From assembly GCA_963796455.1 (NCBI GenBank), contig CAWCLO010000004.1:544001-608000 (forward strand): a DNA stretch of 64,000 nucleotides, written 5' to 3'. How positions within the stretch are numbered: the first letter of the stretch is position 1; every line of letters begins with the position of its first letter. The notes beneath the pieces were generated by a model, which did not search any database, was not told the DNA's origin, and saw only the letters and a list, made by a program, of their open reading frames with translations. The DNA comes from Candidatus Sulfomarinibacteraceae bacterium (lineage in GTDB: Bacteria > Acidobacteriota > Thermoanaerobaculia > Thermoanaerobaculales > Sulfomarinibacteraceae). Made by a program: the position numbers and the translations under genes. Positions 1 through 8,910 of the stretch are shown here, in pieces.

Positions 1-333
1 GTTCAATCGGTTTATGCCGCCACCGCAATGGAGGTCGGCCGCCGCCAAAGTGAGTATGTCGACCAGGGCCGTTCGTTGCGGAGCTACTCCGCTTCATTCG
101 AGGATGGACGCCGTCTCCACGTCAAGGACGGCGAGCTCTACTACACAAGCGAGGGTGGCCGCACAATAGGGCCGCTCCTGGCGACGGACGAACCCGACCA
201 ATTTGAACTTGGCGGCGGCATCCAGAGAATGATCCTCGAGGTGGAACGCGACGGATCAGGCGAAATCCAGGCCATCACGATCTCGCGAGCCGGCAGCGAA
301 GAGCAGAAGCGTTTCAAACGCGTCCGGCCCTAG
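1..333 (+). CDS. 3' end of a gene running in from outside the window; C-terminal beta-rich domain, function not assigned
   Basis: Frame is open from base 1 to TAG at 331-333; no diagnostic motif. Confidence 0.55.
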   Translation, partial: VQSVYAATAMEVGRRQSEYVDQGRSLRSYSASFEDGRRLHVKDGELYYTSEGGRTIGPLLATDEPDQFELGGGIQRMILEVERDGSGEIQAITISRAGSEEQKRFKRVRP

Positions 334-418
334 ACACGGCAATACGACGGGTATTCGCTGCGAACCGCGGATCGCGTCGGCCCGCCGCGCTCGTATCGAA
401 TCGTGCGCTTCGACGCCC

Positions 419-1981
419 CTACCGGCGATGTCTGAGGACCTGGCCCGGCCGCGCGTCGGTGAGCGAGTCGTCCTCCACGACGACGGTGCCGTTGACGACC
501 ACCAGCGCGTATCCCACCGAGTAATGGTGGGGATCCGTCAGGGTGGCCGTGTCGGCAACCGCTTCGGGATCGAAAAGAACGAGGTCGGCGGCGGATCCGA
601 CCCGGATCAGACCACGATCCCGGAGGCCAAAGGTGCGGGCAGGCAAGGAGGTCATTCGCCGCACTGCGTCCTCGATGGTGAGGATCTCTCTTCCGCGCAC
701 GAACTCGGCAAAAACCCGGGCGTTGGTGCCGTAGGAACGGGGGTGGGGAACACCGACTCCATATTCGATGACGCGGCCGTCGCTGGCCACCGCGGTGTTG
801 GGAAAACGCAGGATCCGCTCGACGTCGGGCGCGCTCATCTTGTGGAAGACCATCTTGGCGCCACCGCCCTCCATCAGTTCGAAGATGGTGGCGATTTCGT
901 TGGGGACGCCGGGTTCGCGGCCCTTGAGCAGGCTGATCTCCGGGATGCTCTTGCCTTCGATCGAACGATCCCAGGTGCACGTGGCAACCACGGCGTAGGA
1001 GTAGTCGGGGTAACCCTCTGTTGCAAGTCGGTCCGTCATGGCCTCGGCAATCTTGGCGCGCGTCGCGGGTTCGCCCAGACGCTGCTTCATCTTCTCGTTC
1101 CCGCCCGCACGAGCCCACGATGGAAGCGTCGTGCTGAGACCGGTTGACGACCACTCGTAGGGATACTGATCCACGACCACGTCGACCCCTTCGGTCCGGG
1201 CCTTTTTGACCATGTCGATGATCTCAACCGAACGACCCCACATCCGCGGGCTCGCGATCTTGAAATGCGAGATCTCCACCGGGATGCGCGCCTCTTTGCC
1301 GATCCGGATCGCTTCCGCGACGGCATCCATCACCTTGAGACCCTCGGACCGCATGTGCGTTGCATAGACGCCACCATGTTTGGCCGCGATCTCGGCGAGC
1401 GCGATCACCTCTTCGGTGCCTGCGTAGGTGCCGGGCACGTAGATCAGACCGGTGGAGAGACCGACCGCCCCATCGCGCATTGCCGCGTCCACCATCGCCT
1501 GCATTTCGGCGATTTCTTCGACCGTCGCCGGCCGGTTTTCGCTGCCCATGACTTTACGGCGCACCGAGTTGTGCCCGACCAGCGAGGCGAGGTTGGGGCC
1601 GAGCCCCAGCTTTTCGAGGCGTGCAAAGTACGATGAGAGATCGGTTTTCGAGCCGCCGCAGTTCCCGGTCACGATCGTCGTGACGCCGTCGCGCAGGAAA
1701 TTCGCCGCGCCAGGGAAGTTTTCCACCTCGTCTTCTACATGCGTGTGCACGTCGATGAAGCCTGGAGAGAGGACCAGACCATTCGCGTCGATGATTTTCG
1801 TTGCCGACGCCTCGCTCAGTGGTCCGATGGCGGCGATCTTTCCGTTCAGGACGCCGACGTCAGAGCGGTACCAGGGGTTGCCGGTCCCGTCCACTATCCG
1901 CGCGTCCTTGACCAGGAGATCAAAATCCGCCGCCGGGAGTGTCGCCGGAAGGAGGAACAGAATCGGCAACAACTTTTTCAT
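419..1981 (-). CDS. Exported N-acyl-D-amino-acid deacylase (D-aminoacylase, amidohydrolase family)
   Basis: Signal peptide MKKLLPILFLLPATLPA; PGFIDVHTH, GVTTIVTGNCG, HMRSEG, HPRSYG and ADLVLFD motifs. Confidence 0.92.
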   Translation of the reverse strand: MKKLLPILFLLPATLPAADFDLLVKDARIVDGTGNPWYRSDVGVLNGKIAAIGPLSEASATKIIDANGLVLSPGFIDVHTHVEDEVENFPGAANFLRDGVTTIVTGNCGGSKTDLSSYFARLEKLGLGPNLASLVGHNSVRRKVMGSENRPATVEEIAEMQAMVDAAMRDGAVGLSTGLIYVPGTYAGTEEVIALAEIAAKHGGVYATHMRSEGLKVMDAVAEAIRIGKEARIPVEISHFKIASPRMWGRSVEIIDMVKKARTEGVDVVVDQYPYEWSSTGLSTTLPSWARAGGNEKMKQRLGEPATRAKIAEAMTDRLATEGYPDYSYAVVATCTWDRSIEGKSIPEISLLKGREPGVPNEIATIFELMEGGGAKMVFHKMSAPDVERILRFPNTAVASDGRVIEYGVGVPHPRSYGTNARVFAEFVRGREILTIEDAVRRMTSLPARTFGLRDRGLIRVGSAADLVLFDPEAVADTATLTDPHHYSVGYALVVVNGTVVVEDDSLTDARPGQVLRHRR

Positions 1982-2246
1982 TGGTCGTCTCCTCACCCCG
2001 ACCACTGTTTGATCGGTGGTCCCGCCGGTCATTATCCATGGAAGGATGGCCCACCGCCAGTTTTCGTTGTCGACCGCAGCGTGGGTACCTGCGTCAACGG
2101 AGAGCGAGTGCTGAGAGAGTGGATCTCAATACCCTGATTTTTCTTGCAGTTGCGGAAAAGTGGGCATATCTTGATTCTCATATGTGTCCTGCAAAAAGGG
2201 CGTCAATTTCAGGAGGGAGTGACCGATGAAAAAAAGGGAGGGATCG

Positions 2247-5200
2247 ATGAGAAATGTATTCCTTGTTTTTCTGGTCGTCATGTTGGCTGCGACAGGCGCG
2301 CTGGCACAGACGATCGCGACCTCAACACTGATCGGGAAGGTGACCGCGGATGGCGCCCCGCTCCCAGGGGTCACGGTGACCGCGACGTCCCCGCGTCTTC
2401 AGGGACCGCGCACGGCCATCACGGATGCCCAGGGTTCTTTCCTGATGCCCTTCCTTCCGCCAGGGGTGTACACGGTCAACTTCATGATGGACCAGATGCA
2501 GCCCCGTGAAGAGACGCTGACCCTCACTGCGGCGATGACTGATACGCTCGATGTCGACCTCAAGCTGGCCGCGGTGGAGGGGGAGATCGTCGTCACTGCG
2601 GACAAGAACATGACCGCGCCGATCGAGGCGACATCGGTCAGCGTGAACTTCAACCAGGACCTGATCAACGTGCTACCGACCGGCCGGAGTATGTCGGCAG
2701 TCACCCGCCTCGCTCCAGGCGCCAACGACGGTGGGCCGGGCGGCAACACCATCATTTCCGGTGCCATGTCCTACGACAGCCTGTATCTGATCAACGGTGT
2801 GAACGTCAACGAGAACCTGCGCGGACAGCCGCACAATCTCTACATCGAAGATGCGATCGAGGAGACGACCGTCTTCACCGGCGGCATCTCGGCCGAGTAC
2901 GGGAACTTCACCGGCGGCGTCGTCAATATGCTCACCAAGTCGGGCGGTAACCAGTTCAAGGGAACCTTCCGCGCCACCCTCAGAAATGAGAGCTGGACGT
3001 CGAAGACGCCGCTGACGGGCGAGCAGGAGGACAAGATCAACCCGACCTATGAAGCCACCTTCGGCGGGCCATTCTGGCGCGACAGACTGTGGTTCTTCAG
3101 CGCGGGCCGCTACGTAAAGACGGACACCATCAACCAAACCTCCCTCGGTCTGGCCCGAACAGGCGACCAGGACGCGAACGGCGTTCCTTACGCCGTTGGC
3201 GACCAGATCGAACCGATCACCTACCCCTACGAAAATGACCAGACGCGGCTGGAGGCCAAGCTGACCTGGGCCATTAACCAGGCCCACAGGGTCATCGGCT
3301 CGTACACCGACGTCGACGAGACCCAGATGAATTATCGTCGGTCGGGCTCGATGGATCTGCGCAGCCTCAACCCAAATCGCATGCTCCCGAACACTCTGAT
3401 GGCGCTGAACTACAACGGCGTGATCACCGAGAATTTCTTTCTCGAGGCCCAGTACTCGGCGAAGGAGTACTCGTTCCTGAATTCAGGCTCGAGTTGGTAC
3501 GACCTCATCAACGGCACGCTGCTCCTGGACCGGGCGCGCGGAACGCGCTACTGGTCGCCGACCTTCCGGATCAAACCGGACGGCGAGCAACGGAACAACG
3601 AACTGTGGGCGATCAACGGGACGTACTTTCTGTCGACCGGAAGTGCCGGCACCCACGAACTCAAGGCCGGCTATCAAAACTTCGACGAAGTCCGCGACGT
3701 CAACAACTACCAGAATGGCAGCGACTACCGGATCAGCCTCTATCAGACCATCATCCGTGGAGACGAGATCTACCCCCGGGTCCGTACCGGCGGGACCTAT
3801 ACCCGCATTTACTGGTATCCGATTTTCGTCCCCAGTGAGGGCTCCCACTATTCCACCGACTCGCTCTATCTGAACGACCGCTGGGTGGTCAGCCCCCGCT
3901 GGACTCTCAACCTCGGCGTGCGCTACGACAAGAACGATGCCATCAGCGGCGACGGTTCGTATAAGGTCGCCGACGATTCCGCCTTCAGTCCGCGATTGGG
4001 CGCGAACTGGGACGCGCTCGGCAACGGCAAACTGAAATTCACCCTCAGCTACGCCCAGTACGTTGGTCGCCTCGCCGAAGGCGTCGGCAACGACGGCGAT
4101 CCGGCCGGCCGCACCGCGTCGTTCAACTGGGTCTACCGCGGGCCCTCTATCAACAACGACGTCAACACTCCAACCGACCAGCTCGTCCCCACCGATGTCG
4201 CCATCCAGATGGTCATGGACTGGTTCTTCGAAAACGGCGGCACCGACTTGCGCCCGACCCGGACGGCGCCATCGATCCCCGGGCTTCAGACGAAGCTCGA
4301 TCCTGCCGGAATGAAGTCGCCCAACGTGGACGAATGGACTCTCGGCGTCGGTGTCACGCTCGGCAACAAAGGTATCGCCCGAGCGGACTTCGTCTACCGT
4401 ACCTGGGATGATTTCTACATCGGCAACATCAACACCGAGACCGGCCAGGTCGATTTCGAGGACCGATCCTACGACCTGAACATCGTCGGCAATGACAATA
4501 GCGGCATTTACAACCGCGAATACCAGGGCATCCATACCCAAGCCCAATACCGCTTCACCAACCGGCTCAACGCCGGTCTCACGTACACCTGGTCCAAACT
4601 GATCGGCAACGTGACCGGCGAAAACACGGGGAGCGGACCAATCAGGGGCGTGGCAGGGCAATACCCTGAATACCGTGAGGCACGCTGGAACTACCCCACG
4701 GGATACCTCACCGGCGACCGCCGTCACCGGGCGAGGTTGTGGGGCACCTACGACCTGCCGACCGGCATCGGGGACTTCAACTTCAGTCTGATGCAGAGGT
4801 TCGAGTCGGGGCAGGCTTCCTCGACCGACGGAACGATCGATTCGCGACCCTACGTCGACAATCCGGGCTACCTCTCACCTGTCTCGGGGATCAGCTATTT
4901 CTTCGGCGGCCGCGGCAACCTCAAAACCGACAACATCACGGCGACCGATATCGGGGTGCAATACACGCTGCCGATCAAGGCAGTTGATCTTTTTGTCCGC
5001 TTCGATGCCTTCAACATCTTCAACGAGCAAGCTGTCGACAGCTTCAACGAAGAGATCCTGACCGAGGACGATGAGGATTGGCTTGCAGCGTTCAACCCCT
5101 TCACCGATACACCCCTCGAGTGCCCGCAGGGCGCCTCGCCGGAGACCTGCATCGAGATGGGTGCGAACTGGCAGAAAGGCCCCAACTTCGGTGAGCCGAC

Positions 5201-5261
5201 CAGTGAGTCGAGTTACCAGGCGCCGCGGTCGTTCCGCATCGCCTTTGGGCTCCGCTTCTGA
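2247..5261 (+). CDS. TonB-dependent outer-membrane receptor, Oar-like, with N-terminal carboxypeptidase-regulatory-like domain
   Basis: Signal peptide; LPGVTVTATSPRLQG; plug motif SAEYGNFTGGVVNMLTKSGGN; LNLGVRYD; C-terminal FGLRF. Confidence 0.93.
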   Translation: MRNVFLVFLVVMLAATGALAQTIATSTLIGKVTADGAPLPGVTVTATSPRLQGPRTAITDAQGSFLMPFLPPGVYTVNFMMDQMQPREETLTLTAAMTDTLDVDLKLAAVEGEIVVTADKNMTAPIEATSVSVNFNQDLINVLPTGRSMSAVTRLAPGANDGGPGGNTIISGAMSYDSLYLINGVNVNENLRGQPHNLYIEDAIEETTVFTGGISAEYGNFTGGVVNMLTKSGGNQFKGTFRATLRNESWTSKTPLTGEQEDKINPTYEATFGGPFWRDRLWFFSAGRYVKTDTINQTSLGLARTGDQDANGVPYAVGDQIEPITYPYENDQTRLEAKLTWAINQAHRVIGSYTDVDETQMNYRRSGSMDLRSLNPNRMLPNTLMALNYNGVITENFFLEAQYSAKEYSFLNSGSSWYDLINGTLLLDRARGTRYWSPTFRIKPDGEQRNNELWAINGTYFLSTGSAGTHELKAGYQNFDEVRDVNNYQNGSDYRISLYQTIIRGDEIYPRVRTGGTYTRIYWYPIFVPSEGSHYSTDSLYLNDRWVVSPRWTLNLGVRYDKNDAISGDGSYKVADDSAFSPRLGANWDALGNGKLKFTLSYAQYVGRLAEGVGNDGDPAGRTASFNWVYRGPSINNDVNTPTDQLVPTDVAIQMVMDWFFENGGTDLRPTRTAPSIPGLQTKLDPAGMKSPNVDEWTLGVGVTLGNKGIARADFVYRTWDDFYIGNINTETGQVDFEDRSYDLNIVGNDNSGIYNREYQGIHTQAQYRFTNRLNAGLTYTWSKLIGNVTGENTGSGPIRGVAGQYPEYREARWNYPTGYLTGDRRHRARLWGTYDLPTGIGDFNFSLMQRFESGQASSTDGTIDSRPYVDNPGYLSPVSGISYFFGGRGNLKTDNITATDIGVQYTLPIKAVDLFVRFDAFNIFNEQAVDSFNEEILTEDDEDWLAAFNPFTDTPLECPQGASPETCIEMGANWQKGPNFGEPTSESSYQAPRSFRIAFGLRF

Positions 5262-5281
5262 TTTCTCAGACCTTTCGATCG

Positions 5282-5311
5282 GGGCACGCCTTCGGGCGTG
5301 CCCTTTTTTTT
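5282..5311 (+). terminator. Intrinsic terminator after the TonB receptor
   Basis: GGGCACGCC-TTCG-GGCGTGCCC hairpin followed by a T8 run. Confidence 0.9.
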
Positions 5312-5457
5312 GCCTGGGTCAAGGTCCTGGTCCTGTAGGCGCCTCCTTCAGGGTGCGCGAGACAGGCGCTCGATTTCCGCCTTGAAAGAACCTGGAATTC
5401 GCCGGCGATAGCGACTTTTCGCGGCACCCACGAAAATGACGATGGTATTCTCCCGCG

Positions 5458-6819
5458 ATGAAAATTATTGTCATCTGCTGTGCCGCCTGCCTGCTGGTGC
5501 CCACCGTCGTTGCGAGCGCCGAGAATCCATCGATCGATCCCGTCGCGGAGATCACCGAGGCCGCCCTGTCGGACGACTACGCCTGGCACTGGCTCTCGAC
5601 CCTGTGCGATCGTTACGGGCCCAGGCTCACCGGCTCGGCCGCTTACGACCGTGCGGCCGCCTGGGCGGTGCAGAGCCTCGAGAAGGCTGGATTCGACAAG
5701 GTGTGGACCGAGCCCGTCCCGGTGCCCCATTGGGTTCGGGGCGCGGAGTGGGCGAGGCTGATCGCGCCGGTGGACGAGCCGTTGATCATCACCGGGTTGG
5801 GAGGCAGCGCCGGCACTTTGAAAGAGGGTCTGGAGGCCGAGGTCGTCCTCGCCCGCAACTTCGACGAACTGAAAGCCCTGGGCGATGAGGTTCGAGGGAA
5901 GATCGTGCTCTTCAATCCTGAATGGAAGGGATATGGCAGCGTTTCCAACTACCGCGTCAACGCTCCTGCGGCGGCATCGCGGTTGGGGGCTGTCGGCGCC
6001 CTGGTGCGTTCGGCCACCGGCTTCAGTCTCGCCACCCCACACACCGGCCTCACCGACTTCGAAGCCGACGACACCCGGATACCCGCCGCGGCGATTACCA
6101 CGGAGAGCGCCGATCGGCTCGAGCGGTTGATCGATCGCGGTGAGACCGTGCGGGTTCGTTGGTTTTCGGGGGCCGAGAACCACCCCTTCGTCGACCAACC
6201 GACCGTAATCGCCGAGGCGCGCGGCACTGAGTTTCCCGACGAAGTCGTGGTGGCCGGGTGCCATTTCGATTCCTGGGACGTGGGCACCGGCGCCCACGAT
6301 GACGGAGCCGGCTGTGCCATCGTGGTTGCTGCAGCCCGGATGTTGATCGATGAACGGTTGCGGCCTCGTCGTACGGTACGGGTCGTCCTGTTTGCCTCCG
6401 AGGAACAGGGCGCCCATGCCGGAAGGGCCTATCTTGAAGCCCACCGGGACGAACTGGATCGCCACGTCGCCGCACTGGAAAGCGACTCAGGAGCTTTTGC
6501 TCCGGCCGGATTCTCGGTCAAGGGCTCCCCGGAAGCAGTCGGGCGGGTGGCCAAACTGGCCGCTCCCTTGGCACGACTCGGAGCTTCAAACGTCAGGGTT
6601 GGGGGCGCCGGCGTCGACATCGGCCCCATCGTCAGCGAGGGTGTGCCGGGTATCGGTCATCGGGTGCACGGCGATCACTATTTCGACTACCACCACAGCC
6701 CGGCCGACACCCTCGACAAGGTCGATCCGGAACACCTGGCCGCCAACGTCGCAGCGGTTGCCGGTCTGCTCTGGGGGATCGCCAACGAACCGGAGGCCCT
6801 GCCTCGCGCTACTGACTAA
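5458..6819 (+). CDS. Exported M28 metallopeptidase (carboxypeptidase Q-like, PA domain)
   Basis: Signal peptide; GPRLTGS, HFDSWD, GAHDDGAG, SEEQG, ESDSG and YHHSPADT motifs. Confidence 0.92.
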   Translation: MKIIVICCAACLLVPTVVASAENPSIDPVAEITEAALSDDYAWHWLSTLCDRYGPRLTGSAAYDRAAAWAVQSLEKAGFDKVWTEPVPVPHWVRGAEWARLIAPVDEPLIITGLGGSAGTLKEGLEAEVVLARNFDELKALGDEVRGKIVLFNPEWKGYGSVSNYRVNAPAAASRLGAVGALVRSATGFSLATPHTGLTDFEADDTRIPAAAITTESADRLERLIDRGETVRVRWFSGAENHPFVDQPTVIAEARGTEFPDEVVVAGCHFDSWDVGTGAHDDGAGCAIVVAAARMLIDERLRPRRTVRVVLFASEEQGAHAGRAYLEAHRDELDRHVAALESDSGAFAPAGFSVKGSPEAVGRVAKLAAPLARLGASNVRVGGAGVDIGPIVSEGVPGIGHRVHGDHYFDYHHSPADTLDKVDPEHLAANVAAVAGLLWGIANEPEALPRATD

Positions 6820-6861
6820 CCGTCCGACTGCAACCCCACCTGCTAAACTGCAAGCCAGGTT

Positions 6862-7704
6862 ATGGCCAATCATTTGCGAACCTGTTCTCTAGTGATTCTT
6901 CTCATTTTTCTGGGAGTCGGCTGCGCCACCCCCGAGAGCCCCTGTCCGCCTCAACAGATTGGATCCTGGAGTGCGGACGGCGAGACCGAGGTCTATGTCG
7001 GCGATGACCTCTTCATCTACATCAACGGTGGGGCGGAGATCTATCACGAGTACGGGTTTGTGCAGGTCTCGGTGCAGCGGTATGTGCGAGGCGAGGATTC
7101 GATTTCGGTAGAGATCTACGCCATGGATGGTGACGCCTTCGGCATTTACAGTTTTGCCCGGTCTTCGGGCGGACGTGCGGTTGATCTGGGCAACGGCGGT
7201 ACCTCGGCCGACTACTACATGCATTTTTGGAGTGGGCCTGAGTTGGCGGTCATTACTGCCGAAAGCGAGTTTGAAGATCTTGGTGCGGCGGTATTGGAGA
7301 TCGGGACTGCTTTCGCCGGGTGTTTACAGGCGGGTGGATTCGAGCCGGATCTGCTCGATCATCTGCCGGTGGACGGACGGGTCGAGGCTACCGAGGTCTA
7401 TTTCACCGGTCGGCTGGCGTTCCTGAATGTCGCGCGGCCGGCGGCTCCTCTTTTCATGGGCTTTGAGGAGGGTGCAGTTGCCGGTTATGAATCCGGTGAA
7501 CAGATCGTGGTCTTGCGCTGGGCTGACGAAACGGCTGCGGCCGAGGCCTTGCAGCAGGCACGAGAGTTGTGTGCGGGCGATGGGGAAGTGGTTGTTGAAA
7601 TCGAAGAAAGCGGTGCCACCGAGTTCGAAACCGGTGGTCACCGAATTGTGGCGAGCGGCTCGGGAAATCTGATCACACTTCGCGTGCAGAAGGAGGCATC
7701 ATGA
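6862..7704 (+). CDS. Lipoprotein, DUF6599-like
   Basis: Lipobox-like LGVGC; LFIYINGGAEIYHEYGF motif; stop overlaps start of the DUF362 gene (ATGA). Confidence 0.7.
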   Translation: MANHLRTCSLVILLIFLGVGCATPESPCPPQQIGSWSADGETEVYVGDDLFIYINGGAEIYHEYGFVQVSVQRYVRGEDSISVEIYAMDGDAFGIYSFARSSGGRAVDLGNGGTSADYYMHFWSGPELAVITAESEFEDLGAAVLEIGTAFAGCLQAGGFEPDLLDHLPVDGRVEATEVYFTGRLAFLNVARPAAPLFMGFEEGAVAGYESGEQIVVLRWADETAAAEALQQARELCAGDGEVVVEIEESGATEFETGGHRIVASGSGNLITLRVQKEAS

Positions 7705-8639
7705 GCGACAAGAAAAAGAACACCGGGATCACCAGACGCGATTTCGTCGCCACCGGCGCCGCTGCCGGAACTCTGCTCGCGACCGGGGTGGGTTTCGGTG
7801 AGCAGGCTCAAGTTCCTCCGCTCGATCTCGCCGTGGCGCACGGTCCGGATGTGGCCAAGAACACCATTGCGGTGATCGAAGCGCACGGAGGGATGGGTGC
7901 CTTTGTACGGCCGGGCCAGATCGTCAATATTCTTCCAAACGCCCAGGGCTCGCACCCCGGAACCTCGACCGATCCTGTTCTGGTCAAGACCGTTGTCGAC
8001 TTGTGTAAAAAGGCCGGCGCCAAAGAGGTCCGGTGGTTGACCTGGCAGTCCGGTAAATATTTCGAGCGCAGCAATATCGATCAGTTGGTCAAGGGCAGCG
8101 GGGCAGATTTCATCCAGGTGGACAGCGACGACGAAAGTCAGTGGCACAACCTCGACGTGCCGAAGGGTGTTGCCCTCGACAAGATCCGAGTCTTCAAGAT
8201 CCTCGACGAGTGTGATGTGTTCATCAACATGCCGATCTTCAAGGATCACATCGGGTCCCGCTTCACCGGGTCGCTCAAAAACTATATGGGCGCCTCCCAT
8301 CCAAAAGACAACCGCCCATTCCACCCGACCTTCGAGGGCAAGGACCTCGAGCACATGGAGCAGTGCATTGCAGACCTCAACACGGTTGTCAGGAAACCCG
8401 ATCTGATCGTGGCCGACGCCATGACGATCCTCACCAGCAAGGGCCCATTCGGCCCGGGTGATATCGCCAAACCGCAGAAGGTGATCGCCGGTGTCGATCG
8501 CGTGGCCCTCGATTCTTACGGCGCGACCCTGCTCGGCCTCTCAGGCAGTGAGGTCACGATGATCGCCAACGCCCACAAGCTCGGTCTCGGCGAAATCGAC
8601 CTCGGCAAGGTGAATATCAAAGAGATGGAAGTGGCTTAG
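7701..8639 (+). CDS. Tat-exported DUF362 domain protein
   Basis: Twin-arginine TRRDFV; GGMGAFVRPG, INMPIFKDH, TGSLKNYMG and DRVALDSYG motifs. Confidence 0.85.
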   Translation: MSDKKKNTGITRRDFVATGAAAGTLLATGVGFGEQAQVPPLDLAVAHGPDVAKNTIAVIEAHGGMGAFVRPGQIVNILPNAQGSHPGTSTDPVLVKTVVDLCKKAGAKEVRWLTWQSGKYFERSNIDQLVKGSGADFIQVDSDDESQWHNLDVPKGVALDKIRVFKILDECDVFINMPIFKDHIGSRFTGSLKNYMGASHPKDNRPFHPTFEGKDLEHMEQCIADLNTVVRKPDLIVADAMTILTSKGPFGPGDIAKPQKVIAGVDRVALDSYGATLLGLSGSEVTMIANAHKLGLGEIDLGKVNIKEMEVA

Positions 8640-8910
8640 CTTGGAGATCTTCGGGTCGGAGGCACAGTCACCGCCATTCGCCTCGAGCTTTTTGAGGCAT
8701 TGCGCCGGCTCCTCGCGCTGGGAGAGGAGCTCGCAGCGGAGTGATCGCCGAGTCGCCAAGAGGAACGCTTCGAAGACGGCACCCATAAAGCAACCTTCGA
8801 GATCATGCTACCGTCGGGTAGCGCAAAAATGAACAATTCCTATCGCTCTCGTGCACCGCTGACTGGGTGCCCGAAAGTGGTGGGCTTTCGTTTGTAGGAG
8901 GCTCAGGCTG

